Positions 24,501 to 37,500 of a DNA stretch of 64,000 nucleotides are shown here, in pieces. How positions within the stretch are numbered: position 1 is the first letter of the stretch; the number at the start of each line of letters is the position of its first letter. Under the pieces are notes generated by a model that was not told the origin of the DNA, did no database searches, and worked only from the letters and a program-made list of their open reading frames with translations. Source of the DNA: Klebsormidium nitens. Lineage: Eukaryota; Plantae; Klebsormidiophyceae. The stretch covers positions 187,561-251,560 of the forward strand of contig DF237013.1 of the NCBI GenBank assembly GCA_000708835.1, read 5' to 3'. A program made the translations under genes and the position numbers.

Positions 24501-27500
24501 TCAACCAGGTTCGGAAGTCCTCAACAATGGTTCTAAACCTTCGACCCTTATGGGGCCCCTAAACCACCTCCTCGCATCCATGATCCACCAGACCATGAAG
24601 AAAGCTACGACAAAGCTCAGGGCTATGGGGGCGTAATTGAGGTTTGCTACCCGAACCGGGAAACTTGTGGGCAGTAGAAAGACTGTGCATGTGTAACATA
24701 TCCATGAGAAAGCGAGAAAGCAAACGGGACGACTGAAGGACCCCAAGTGGAAAGGCCCTCGCTCGAATTTGGACGAAGGTTGGATCAGTCGGAAGAAGAT
24801 GGGAACAGCGTACCCGCCGACCTGAAAAGACGGTCAGACAGTCACTCTCACCAGTTGGCTGACTGACAAATTGCTGCAGCTATCTCAGATATAGCGCTCT
24901 TCTGAAAGATTATTGCTCTGACGTTCCTTCCAGAAGTAAAGTCTCTCGACACTTGAGATTCCGTAGGTCACGACCATTGCAATTCACAGCGTTTTGCTAG
25001 AAGGTCGCCAGGCGCATTATCACAAGGATATGCATAGAGAAACACTGACGCAGCTCGTCCAAAGATTCTTCAAGAAGGACCGAGCATGAAAATGAGATGG
25101 ACGACCTGAACAGGATGGGTCAAAACATTGATGCGAGAGACCAAACATCAAACCTGAATGGAAGATCGGCACGAGGGACCAGGATACTGAATTAAAGAGG
25201 AAAAATGAAAGAACGCACGAGGAGAAATGGAATGTTGAGAGAATACAGAGTCGGACGAGCCACTGAATCAAATTGATACGGAGGTCAGGCGTGCAAACAA
25301 AAAAACGGGCAGACAAAGCAGATTAATGAACTTCGCCGTTGGCCACTCACCCATCCGACGGTGGAGATCGAAGTGATGGCGGTGAACAGCGCATCCAGTT
25401 TGAGGACGGGGACGCCAACTAGAATGGCGATAAACGCGCACAGCCAGACCGCGTGCACCGGGGACTGTAACCGGGGATGGATCTGCCGCCAGTAACGGGA
25501 GCCCGGGAGGCCGCCGTCCCGGGAAAACGCGTAAACCTGGCCGCGGGTTAACCAGTGGTTAGGGGCAGTTTATCCGACAGAGAGTGCGGGGTTAGAAGGA
25601 GGGTTTAGGAGACCGATTACTTTGTCATTCAGGGGCAGCTTCAGTCAGCGAGATAGAGTCTTGAACTCGATCATCTCTCGAGCCCTGCAAGAATCTGGTG
25701 GCTGGTTGCGAAGCGAAGTATACACGTGGCCGGCTGTGACGATCTCGCCACCATTGAATCCGCGCCTGATTTCAGACCCGACCAGGTTGGCCCGAGATCG
25801 TACTTCGTGCTGACTTGATCAAAACTCTTTTCATCGGCCTGAAGAGAGGGTTTATGGATGGTCGCGGAAAGCTGCTCTCCTTCCGACGCCGGACTGACCG
25901 AAAGAGCTAGAGTTTCTCGAGCTGGGAGTAATATCAGCTGGCGACTCACATCGTCCTCTGTGGAACTCAAATCAGCCTTCCACCTACGCGGACTCAATCT
26001 GACCAGCAAATGTCCAGACAACCAAGTATCAGAATGCAGAAACTTCACGGTCGTCTAAAACTGCTCGTCGCTCGGCTGTCGGTTTCGCGGGCTTGCCGGA
26101 GGTTCAAGTTAGAGATGCGCAAACCAAGGACGCGTGTTCCTCGATACTGAGCCACTTCGAGGAAGCCTTCGCAACCCACTTGGAATCGAATCAGGTTAGG
26201 GATAGACAGCGCGGCATTTCTAACCCCTCGACTGACGCAAACGCCAAAAGCGTTAAACCTTGAGGCTTTTGAAATTGCGTCAGCGGCCGTGCCGGCGGCT
26301 CACCACTCGGGACGCGCTCGTGAGTATGCTCGCGCCACAGAAGAAGAAGGAAAGCAGGATGACGCACAGGATGACGTAAGCGCCCGCCGCACTCCCGAAG
26401 CGGCCCTGAAAGACGTCGTAGTAGATCTGCGCCGGGGCGAACGCACCTGCACGGACGCGTGGCGGCTGGAGAAGTTTGCGGACGCGATTATGACGTCAGC
26501 CAACGCATGCTGACGTCAGACTGCATGAGCGTGACAAGGAACGGCAGTCTGATACAGAAACGTTTGGGGCTGCATCAGCCGCCAGACTGTGACTTCAAGG
26601 GAGATTCAGGGGCGCTATAGACACCTTCAACCAATTTTGGCGCTTTTCATTTTGCATGAACCTAGTTCTGAAGCAGGAGACCGGAATAAGGCCGTTCAAC
26701 TCGCGGTGCGACAGTTGAGATACTATGAGCGAGACTAAGAGCCTGCCGTACATGGCCTGAGAAGATGGCAGCTTGCTGAGACGAATCTGCAATTATCTCG
26801 ATGGCAACGTTCTGCCGGAGAGGGCGACCACGGACCATACCTGCCGTCTCGTTGTCTGGGCTAAACAGCCGGGCCGGGTCGCCCTGGATGCTGAAGGTGA
26901 GTGCGAGGATGTACATCCAGCCAAAGACGGAGATGCTACCCAGGCTAAGCAGAATGGCCATCGGCCCATTCACATCGGCGCGCTCCGTTTCCTCGGTCAA
27001 ATACGCGGCAGCGTCAAAGCCTGCACAGGCAAAGCGTTCCATGAGTACTACTGCAGCACGGAACCCCTTATTCAGTCCGATGCTCTCTTCTTAGACGGTC
27101 CTTCACGAAGTATCTAGTGAAACTACGTTGATGTCACTGCTCAAAGGACGGGTACGGTTGGCCCGGCGCTTTAAGGCGGATGACTTTGCGGAGCATGTCA
27201 AAATTGGTTTAGGGTGGATTGATGCTTGTGTGTAAAGATGTGCGCGTCAACTCCGAGGATTGATTCTTCAACCGGTCTAAGTATTTCAGCTTGAATCCCA
27301 ACGGCAGAAATCGCAGCTAATGCAACGAGGCATAAAGTGGATGACGAAGACTTTGTTGACTCACGAGAAGCTTAATACGCTACGTGCGAAGCATGTTAAT
27401 ACTGGGTTTAGGTTGAAGAATGCATGTGCGTAAAAGTGCCTGCGTCAAGATCGAGAAATGGTTTGTATTGTGTCCTGCTAGTGATCCTGGTTGACTTCGA

Positions 27501-30367
27501 ATGACGGAAGACGCAGCTTATCCAACGGGGCATAAGGAAGAGAATGAAGTCTTCGTCAAATCCTACGAGAAGCAAAAAAGAACAAAGAACACGCGCCGGA
27601 CTCTTACCGTAAACTGAGAACTGGCTCATGAGGAGCGACAGCGCGAGCGAGTACGCCGGGCTCTGCACCCCCGTGACGTCAGCATGGGTCTCGAAATTTC
27701 CGAAAACGAACGCCGCGGACTGACGTGTCACAGCCACGAGCGGCAGCGCCGCGACGATTGCCGCGCCCGCGACCACCTGAAGCCATACGCCCACAACGTC
27801 CATGTACGCTATGGCCTCGATCGATAGCGTATTTATGCACGCCCAGACCAGGATGAGCGCTACGTAGATGGCGAGGAAGATGGGTTTGGGCGCGAGGTAG
27901 CCGCCGTGCTTGTGCGTGCCGGTTAGCAGAAGAATGAGGGTCTGAACGGTTTTCGCGGCGCAAAAGGACTGAGCTCCGACGGAGACGGTGAGACCGACGG
28001 CTTCAAGCCAAGCGGTGAGCCACGCGGCAAAGGGACCCCATGCGGGGCCGGCCAAGTGAGCGGCCCAAAAGTAGAGGGAGCCGGTAGTCTGCAGATTGAA
28101 AACGGGGTTATGTGAGGGTTTGCTTGTTGGAGCAAAGTGGCTTTACGAGAAACTTCGGAAGAATGACGCATCCCGATCAGAGGCGTGCATAAAGAGTTGG
28201 AATGCGGTGGCAATCAGATCAAGGACCAGCCGCGATCTTGAGCACGCGCGGAACTTTTTACTTGTGGACCGTTCTGTCCTGACGCGGCTCATGTCATCGA
28301 GGTTGGCTGAACGGAGACACTCGTCACGCGAACGAGATTGAAAGCTACAATCTGAAGCTCGAAGGAATCCACCCGGGCTGTCAGATGGACATTTTGCTAC
28401 ACCCTTTCCAAGCAGTATTGAAGGAGAAACGACGAACAACTGTTCGCAGTTGGCCGGACCACATATCAGCAAGATTGCTTCTTTCAGATCGTATGCTTGT
28501 ACAACAGTCTCTCGATTTCCGACCAAGAGATTATGAGGAACGTCGTAATCAAAGACATGGAGTCCAGGAGTCCGACCTTCAGTTTTCGAAATCTGCCGCA
28601 TCCAACGGAGATGAGTTGCTTTGCAGGCTGGAATGCACCGTGCAGAGTTGCCCGCAATAGCAATCTTTGCTTGCCAACCTAAGTATATTTTCGAACGCGG
28701 TGAACAGTTAGCCAGCGGCAGGCTCTTTCAATTGCGCAAAAGTTCCTCTAACTTCGAAAAAACGAGTTGCATCGGAAGCCTCCCTTTCAGAATCCGTCTA
28801 TACTTCAGTCTGAGCGGACAGTCAGGGAGCGGCAGCCTCTACTAGTGGTGCACTCACCGGGTATGACGAACAAATCTCCGCCATAGCGAGGGCGACAAAG
28901 CTCATGAAGAAACACACAACGAGCCAGCCCCAGACAACGCCCACGGCCCCGCCATTAAGAAGGCCGAAACCGTACAGGGGGGTGATTCCGGTGTAGAGAC
29001 CGATGGTGGAGAAAGCGACTGCAACAATCTTGAAGAGGCTCTGCGAGGGACGAAGAACATTGACATAGGAGTTTGAGGGTTGTGATCCTGCGAAACTCAA
29101 GACAGAGTACGGCAGACGGTGAGGACTTAATAAGCGGAATTAGCAACCGCAACGTCTTGAAGTCTACATCCTTGGGGTTTCAGAAGACGTTTCTTAACGG
29201 GTTTGTTGCTCTGAGCAATCATTACACGACCCAAACAATGCTACATCTGAAGTGAAAGATCATTCAACAACAACTTGATTGGGTCAATTATCCTATGACA
29301 GGTTGCTTGAAAGGCTTTCTGTCACAGCCAACCTGATTGGGAAGAAGAGATGAGCGAAGCGGATTGCTCTTATTCATTGGGGGTTGAAGAGGGCGTATGA
29401 CCGGGACGGCCCAAAACGTCAGAACCGGTCACGCATACGCAGAAAACAGAACTTGGAGAATATTACCGCCACTTCGGTCTGTTGCGACACAAGCGCACAG
29501 GGGCACTGTTTACAGTCGCCATGTGACGTCAGTAGGACTTGCGACGCCCCTTTTAACAGCCGACCTGATTTTAAGACAGCCGAGAACTTCTTCCTTGCGA
29601 GTCAGTATAAGCACGTCTACATCCACCAAAATTGAGATAGATGTAAGCAATCAAACAGCCATCAGGATAGCACTCACCAACTTTCTGCGGAGCTCTTGCT
29701 TGTAACCTGCAAGGCAGATGCTGTTGAGTATCAGCAACAGACGCTCATTTCGGGCTGGGGACTCTGAGCTTGGGCACTTCTGAGCTTCCAAGCATAGCGA
29801 CTGGACAAGTGTTCTGCCACCACTTCTTGGACGTGGGGGAAAGTAGTCACATAAAGTACGATTTGCCGACCCACCTGAGTAGGTGTGAGAAGGCGCTTTC
29901 TACAGGAAAATCCAGCAGACTGAAACTTTTCTGCTCATTATTGACGCCACTGCGGAAAATGTCTTTAGAGCGAGAACGCCATGATAAACCGCTCTCTTCC
30001 TCAAAGCTTGGCACTTGTCATACCACCTTGCATGTGAAACCCAGCGAGCTCCAGCCCCTTCAAACCATTTCAACAACAAGGTGCATGCCCTTTTACTTTA
30101 AGACTTGCTTTTGCCAGAGCCAGAGTCCAATATAAGCTTGGCAGTGTTCTCGCGCCAGTGTTCAGTCACCTAAGTTTCTCTCATCATAAGTATAAAGGCT
30201 CCTGTGAATATACACAGGAGTCGCACGCAAGTTTCCTTCTTCGAAAGCAAATGTCCGCTTACCTTAAGATGTCTGCCTACAAAGGGGCAAAACAACCTAC
30301 CTAGGGCCTTGAGGCGCCTCTCTCCTGAGTCTTGAGAGTCCGTCATTGGGGGCGGATCCTCTGCCAT
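24501..30367 (-). CDS. BAT1: Amino-acid permease, BAT1/GABA-permease-like (APC superfamily), about 529 aa
   Basis: Exons 30367-30301, 29706-29678, 29040-28858, 28088-27608, 27020-26841, 26446-26304, 25536-25351, 24821-24501 (1590 nt). Motifs: DSGERRLKALGYKQELRRKLS, MAEICSSYPTTGSLYFWAAHLAGP, GFDAAAYLTEET, SASRVVYAFSRDGGLP, STVGWVGGYAVPIF, NYAPIA, WWIMDARRWFRGP. Many hydrophobic transmembrane segments. Confidence 0.93.
27188..27575. repeat. Diverged 198-bp tandem duplication within a BAT1 intron
   Basis: gcggagcatgtcaaaattggtttagg...cgcagctaatgcaacgaggcataa...acgagaagc (from 27188) matches gcgaagcatgttaatactgggtttagg...cgcagcttatccaacggggcataa...acgagaagc (from 27386). Confidence 0.75.
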
Positions 30368-31523
30368 GTGGCTTGAGATCTTCAGTAGTTAGTTGCCAGA
30401 CTCAGCATCACAAAAGATCAGCTGTAATCCTGGTTCAGGTTCGCAGCGAAGGTCTCAACGTGAGGTTTCGCAAAGGGGATGAACGTTTCTTGCTTATGGG
30501 AGTTTAGCTCCATCCAGGATTTAATATCCTGACATGATGGGACTCTCATTTCGTCTATATACTTCATGTGTCCTCTCACTTGTCTCTCACAAGTCTCTAA
30601 ATGCTGGGAAGGCCTGCCACACAAATTCCAACACAAACTCAGTCGCAAATGTTATTGAGCTGACTTGTCAGAAACCTTAATTTCAGAGACCCTTGCAACC
30701 TGGAAAGATTCTCAAAAGCCGGTGTTCAATGCAGGGAATCACCTTCTTTTGTAACTACGACGGCTGCAATCATATGCCGCTGAATCCTTTCTTACGTAAG
30801 TTGAGCACAAGACAGGGGCATGCTGGCATGAAGCCGCCATTGTTGCAGCAAGCGATTAAAGGCCCACCAGCAAATCCTAACGTCACATGGGTGCGGCATT
30901 GCCTGTTCTTTGTGATTCGGAGCTTTACATATGAGCTGCACCCTGCGACCTGCATCAGGTGGAGCCCTGCTCACAGCAATCAGCAGGCAGCAACCATTTA
31001 TTCGACCGTTAAAACTCCACTCTAGCTGTGCCTGTGGTGCAGCTCAAGAAGAGCTAGCAACGAGGTTGAGCAGAAAACGCAAAGAAAGAGAAGAGTTTGA
31101 CGAGCCACCGAGTCGGACTGATCAAGAGAAAGTAAACTTGGTACCAGTGAAAACTCGCGACAGTTTGACACGGGGCTCATGTGGCATTGCCTGAGCCAAG
31201 TGCTGCATATGATCTAATTGTTAAAGTCATGAGTTTGTCATGACTCATGAGTGAGCAGTGAGAACAGCGAGAGCGTTGACAAAGAACGGTGGACACGTCA
31301 AGCTGTGTCTCCGAAAGTGAAACTTAAAAGTAGTACAAGAAGCCTAACCAAGCTCCTCGTTCGAGTCTGTGTCAGGGAAGCAACTTTTTGAACTGAGCTA
31401 AAACCACACAATGAGAGAAGAGCGAAGCGGACATTGACCTACTTAAGCAGCACAAGAGCGTCACAATATGTCCAAGGCGCGCCGGTGAAAAGTTATTGGT
31501 GGAAGTCTGAAGATACCAGGACG
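30368..31523. promoter_or_regulatory. Divergent (head-to-head) intergenic region between BAT1 and LON2
   Basis: Start codons at 30367 (minus) and 31524 (plus) face away from each other about 1.15 kb apart. Contains TGACTCA (31241-31247) within repeated TCATGAG and an ACGT-core motif near 31293. Function is inferred only. Confidence 0.4.
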
Positions 31524-34500
31524 ATGGCATTTCCAAACGATGAGATTCAGCTGCCCAGGAGGCTGGGCCTCCTTCCCTTCAAGAACAAGGTGCTGTTGCC
31601 GGGGGCGGTCGTTCGTCTGCGGTGCACTTCGCCTGCAAGGTGGGGCATGGGGTTTGGAAAATGCAAAAGTCACAGTCACACACTTACAATGTTGTGAACC
31701 TCCTCTCATAGACTGCCTCAGTTCGCCACTGGCAGTGTGATGCCCTTGTTTTCAGTCTTTATAATGTCGTACTTTCTTTGACCATGAAAGTATGTTGATG
31801 CTGTTAGTAGCAACTTAAACACACTTGAAGAGGGGTGCCCTTGTAAAGAAGCTAATGTTCAAGGAGTTGAAAGGAAAACAGATGCTTGGACATTCTCCAC
31901 CCTTTCATGTCCCGTTTTCTTGGAATGATGTGCTTAAACCCCTCTGTTCTCCTGTTCTTTCCCCCTTTTGTCTCTCCTAGAAATAAAGCATAAAAAGAGA
32001 TGATGACAAACCTTTTCTGCCCCTTCCTCCCTGGAGAAAAAGTCCTGGTGCATAAAAAGTCTTTTGATGTGCATGTCAAAGGAGTGCCGTCGTTCAGGAT
32101 AGTGATGGCAGAAACGTTACAAATTCACAGAAAAGGAAGCAGGCCCCTATGCAAGAGAAGCTGTCGATGTAGGGTCCAATGAGGCACTCACTTTTTAATA
32201 AGTAGGACCTCTGTCAGGGTGGAGCAGGACAGGTGGCCTCGAATGACAGTTTCAGTGGTTGCTGTGAACCCCTTCTTTTTTGCAAACTTACCACTAACTA
32301 TCACCGGCTTTTCTAAGTTGTGGTGCTACTATTGTTCAAAACCTGTTCCCTTGCATGCAACTTCTCGAAGTAAGAAGTGGGTCTACTAATTTCCCCCCAC
32401 TTATGTGCACTTATGACACTTGCCTTCTCCTTTCTGCATCTTTTATTACATTCTGCGTATACATCTTGGCGGACCTACCATGTGAACATGACAAAGCAGC
32501 AACCCATTTTGGAAACCTGGATTCAGCTTTCCTTGAAACACCCAGGGTTTTGAAAAAGGAACATCAGATCTTGTAGTGCTTCATTCATACATAGGAGAAG
32601 GCCACCTTGGCTTAGGAAAAATGAGCCACAAGATAATCAAGAAGACGCCAGAAGCAGCATTCTTTGAACCAACCTTCTGAAAGGTTGCCAAGTCGTTCAG
32701 AAGAGCAACTCGACCAAAAGAAGGTTAGAAAACTTCAAATCCAGATATTGAATGCTCCTTTTCTTCTTCTTGCAGTGTTCAGCTGATTGAGTCGGAGCTG
32801 TGGCAGAAACAAGACAAGGGGCTCATCGGAGTGGTCCCAGTTCTTGAGACCGACCCTACCACCATCCCTGAGAATGCCCTCATGTTGATAGCGTCAACGC
32901 TAGGCCCCGACCAGGTGACGTCGCCTGCTCAAGAAGGGGATGACGGACGGGAGGATCGGAAGAGTATCGATGGAGCAATGAAACCAAAGGTTAGTGCGTC
33001 TTCCTTAACATGAGAGTATGGCGTCGGAACCTGAGGCGTGGAGAATCTGACGAGTCAGCTTTAAGATTTCAAAGATGTCTTCACTGTTTTGCTCACACTG
33101 TGATGCAACGTGCCCTGTCCCCGAAAATGTGTCTTTCATAGTCTGGCTCAACGCTGTTCCGCGTGTTGCAAACATGCGTTTATACTCATCCTCTAATAAC
33201 AAAGGTTCTATGATAACTGGACTATGCGTCTAACTTTTGATGGTATTAACAGTACAGCGGTCTTAGCGGTGGGCTTCTGAGTCAGGTCTTCGAGTTGCAA
33301 TTTTACTCTTCAGTGCCCTATAATATCGCACCCTGCCCCCAGCACAAAGTGAGTGTCCACTTGCCTTCAAATAGCATTGTAAAGCTTTCAGAGCATCTTC
33401 TGTTGAGGTGGCCAACTTGTTACTCTCACCACCTTCTTCCAGGTTTTTCAAGAGTGGGGTCATTGAACCCGTAAACAATTCTCCAGAGACTCTCACGAGC
33501 TGCTTCAGACGTCTACACTTGATGACGTTTCTGAGGGCGTTCTATTCAAAAGCACGTAATGCCAATTCCCGTTTGAATTCTGATGTCAAAAAATCAGCCT
33601 TCTTTCTTCTATGTACGCCTCTTTCCCCAACATCTCTGGGGCCCCGTCTCTTGGAAGGGTTCTTGGGGCATGGAAAACTGCACCCCGCACCCTCTTCTTA
33701 AATGTATTCCGGCACTCCTCAGTTGTCAAAGAGCCATGGAGTTTTGAGGTCAAAACACTCAGTTCGAAATTTTCTCATAGGATCCCCCTGGCATTTTCAG
33801 GCCCCTTCTCTGCGGTGGCACCCTCGGGGGGTGGCTGCCCGTGCGTTACACCTCTCTCGGGGCATGGAGAAGCCGGGCGGGAAGGTCACCTACACGCTTG
33901 TCCTGGAAGGCTTGTGCAGGTTCAGCATCAACCAGATGCTGAGTGACTCGCCATACCACGTGGCTAAAGTGACGCAGCTCGATCGGAACAAAGCGGGTGA
34001 GGAGCTGGCCAGCTACTGGGATACAGAAGCGTGTCTTTTTGTAAGGGCGTAAGTTTGGGTTCAAATGTAGGATATGATTGTCGTCAACAGGCCTGGAACT
34101 AGCTCGTGGAGATCTTTCTTGATGCGCCCCCACCAGATAGCCTGAAAGTCCTAGTCGGCGCACAGGCATCTCAGGCTGGCTCTTTTTGCGTGTTCGTGTA
34201 TACTCAACATGGATTCCAGAGCTGATTTCCAATCTCATGCGCTCTGTGCTCTTCTCTCCCGCACAAACTCAGTTCAGAGCGTGGACACGTGTATGTCGAA
34301 GCTCCCCGTTGCTGGCATCGTGTAACGTTAAAATGCTTCACGTGCCACTGGAACCCAAGCGGTTCTTGGTTCCTTGTGATGCCCCCTTAGCCAGAGACCA
34401 GAGCGACATGCCACTGAATAGTCTCGAAAGGTTGAATTGTTCCTTATCCACATACTGTTTTGTTCCATTGGCCACCCCGTCTCTTTCGGACAAGCTTAAT

Positions 34501-37500
34501 TACTAGTTGGGGAAGTTGAAGCCCCGAGATCTTTCAGCATCGTGACGTCATTGACGCTCTTTTCTATGTACAGAGGCGGACCACGTGGCCCATGATGAGA
34601 GAGCGGCAGAGTCGGCGCAGCTCTTCAAAGTGGCCGCAGGCGAGCTCATCACGCAGCTGGAGCAGGTGGGTTACGATAATCGAAATGGTTTCCTGGTGGG
34701 CTATGATAACCGGATTGGCTTGTGATGATCTTGATTTTGGTGTAAGCCGGTCCAATTTTCCAGATTGGGTTGCTGGTGGGCTCGAGCCCGTCTCTCTCAG
34801 CGAGTCTGTTTCGTCTCGAAACCGAATGCGCTATCGAAGGGAAAACAATTCCCAGCTAAGTAGGGCAGACTGCTCAGGTAACAAACAGTGTGATTTTCTG
34901 GCTCCTGTTCGTTTAATTGGGGGGGGCAACCTTTATACCGTTCGGTTTCTAAGGTTGAAGAAATAGGAGCACGCCTGGCTGCCAGGCTCCTTGCGATGTT
35001 GGAAAGTACCGACTCCAAATGCTCTTTCCAGTAGCAACTGCCTAAAGCCCTGAGATGCCTTCTATATGGTTGACGCACCTACACCTACTCCCGGCTTTTG
35101 CGCACAAGGTTGTCTGAATGCCTGCGTGCCTGTCTCGATGTGAATCCGTGGAGCTTGATCCTCGAGAGTCTCGGCAGAATCATGGGATGACGGAATCGTG
35201 TCAAAGGAGGATTGGCTTTCTCTTGAGCACCGTCGGAGCGCGCGTGGCAAAGACGGCATTCTCCTGTCCTCAGAACGGATTCGTCCATTGAGACAGACAG
35301 GTCACTGCGTCCTTCTGCATGGCCTGAATTTTCAAACCCTTGTGAAAGCATCCAATGTGACATTCAGAGTGTCGTATTTAGGGAGGGCTGAGTCTTAGAC
35401 GTGGTGACTCTTTCCAATTTGCAGAAGCAAGGCGCAGGGCGCAGTAAGCTTTTGCTGGAGACTGCGCCCGCGCACCGGCTGGCCGACATTTTTGTTGCCA
35501 GCTTCGAGAGCAGCCTGGCGGAGTGTCTCGCGATGCTGGACGCGGTCCCGGTTAGGGACAGACTGGTTAAGGCGACCGAGCTGGTAACCCGGCACTTGCA
35601 GGTGAGAGCTTGTTGCATAACAAGGCCGTTGAAATTCCAAAGATGAGACCTGCAGCTCCTGACAGATAAGCACGTTTCTACGGGCTCTGCTAACTTGGAT
35701 TAGGTTCGTGGCTTTCCCTCTGTTATGAGGATTTTGGGTCGGGTTGTTGCATCAGAATTAGGGCTTGTTGGAATCGGCACTACTTGTCAGAAGATCTAGC
35801 TTGAGGAGATACATGACAGGGTGGCCCAGGGAGCGAACTTTATATTAACATCAGCCTTCCTCCCTGAGAATTAGACTTGAACAGCTCTTAACCTCCCTGC
35901 TTTTGGCATTCCATCTTTCCCCTCGAACCATCCGCTCAACAAGTCCAGCACAGCCTTCAATGTCTTCCGGACCAGGTTGAGGAGTATGCCCGCCAATTTG
36001 ATGCCCTTTGTGCTGAGTACGGAGGGTCCGTCTAACAACGACAAAATGGTAATGAGCTGAGCGGACCGGCAAGCTTAGTTACACGAAGTCGTCGTCGTTG
36101 TCTCGATCTGTTGTTCTGCCTTATCTGCTTTCATGTTCTCCGATCAGCTAGAATTTGATACAAATCCGAACCGATTCTCTGCAGACGCTGCGCGTGACTG
36201 ACCAGCTGGCGCAGAAGGTGGAGGGCCAGCTGAGCAAGGGCCAGCGCGACCTGCTGCTGCGGCGACGGCTGAAGGCCATCAAGGACGAGCTGGGGGACGG
36301 GGACGGTGCAGGAGACGAGGATGACGACATCGTGATCCTGGAGAAGCGGCTCGAGGCCGCCAACCTGCCGCCGCATGCGCAGGTGCTTAACGGCCCTCTG
36401 TTTTGAGCCACAAGAATGCTTGGTTATTCGCTGGGACAGGGGTTATGTGGCTTCGAGGGCGGCAGGTTTTGTGAGTTATCGTTTATCGTTGAAGTCGCTC
36501 GGAGCGGCCAAGCTGTCGCCGCACGCACAGGTGGGCGACGGCTCTCTGCTTTTTGAGACATGAGCAAACTTTATCGCTGGGATAGGGACTAATCGGCTTT
36601 GAGGGCGGCATGTATTTCTGCGTGACATCTTGGAAGTTGCTCAAGGTTGCAAAGTTTGCCCTTGGGAAGGGTGTGCAGTTGCTGTCGCCACAGCAAGTCA
36701 TTTACGTCGGCGATCGAGATTTCCTAACCAGTACCCACATCTGGTCGGGATGCACGGACGGGCGTCCCTGCGTGTTGAGTTGCCATGGAATACCTCGACT
36801 TTTCTGTCCTCATTCCTCTCAATACTTGTTCTATGTCTGCTGTCCCGAAGGCCATGCAAAAGCACGTTAAGCGTGTCAATCAGCTGAGGGACGTGCAGTA
36901 TGCTTGCTCAAAACGCAAGCTTTTTGTTTCTTCTTTGTCTTCGACCCTAGAACGTTACAAGTTCATATGACCATATCACCGCAACTTTTCAAAAGTGAAC
37001 GTTGTAGATGTGTAAAAGCACGTGAAACGCGAGCTTGAGCGACTGAGAAAATGCACCCTGATTGCCGTCATTACAAGCTTTCACATCTTGACCCGAAAAT
37101 GCTCGGAATACCCCGAACCTGCAGAAGCACGTGAAGCGCAAGTTGAAGCGGCTGAAAACATGCAGCCCTGAAGCTCTTACTGCACGCTTTCAGGTTCTAT
37201 CCCTTGATCTCTACAACCCCAGTAGACTGTACCATTAAAGCCCTTGAAAATTGAACATTTCCAAATCTGCAGAAGCACGTGAAGCGCGAGCTGAAGCGGC
37301 TGAAGAACATGCAGCCCCAGATGCCGGGGTTCGGGAGCGCGCGCGCGCACCTGGAGCTCATCGCGGAGCTGCCCTGGACGTCGACGACCAAGGAAAAAGT
37401 CACCGATCTAGATGTGGCCAAGCGGACACTGGACTCGGAGCATTACGGGCTCGAGAAGGTCAAGCGGAGGTAAGGAAAAGCGACATAAGAACAGACAGAC

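Noticed and set aside
28143-28601. 152-aa minus-strand ORF in a BAT1 intron
   Set aside because: No transmembrane character or known motif, and BAT1 splices cleanly around it (28858 to 28088).
33005-33530. Two protein-like antisense ORFs in LON2 intron 2 suggesting a nested gene
   Set aside because: The candidate splice phases do not join (phase 0 GC donor vs phase 1 acceptor) and I recognise no domain.
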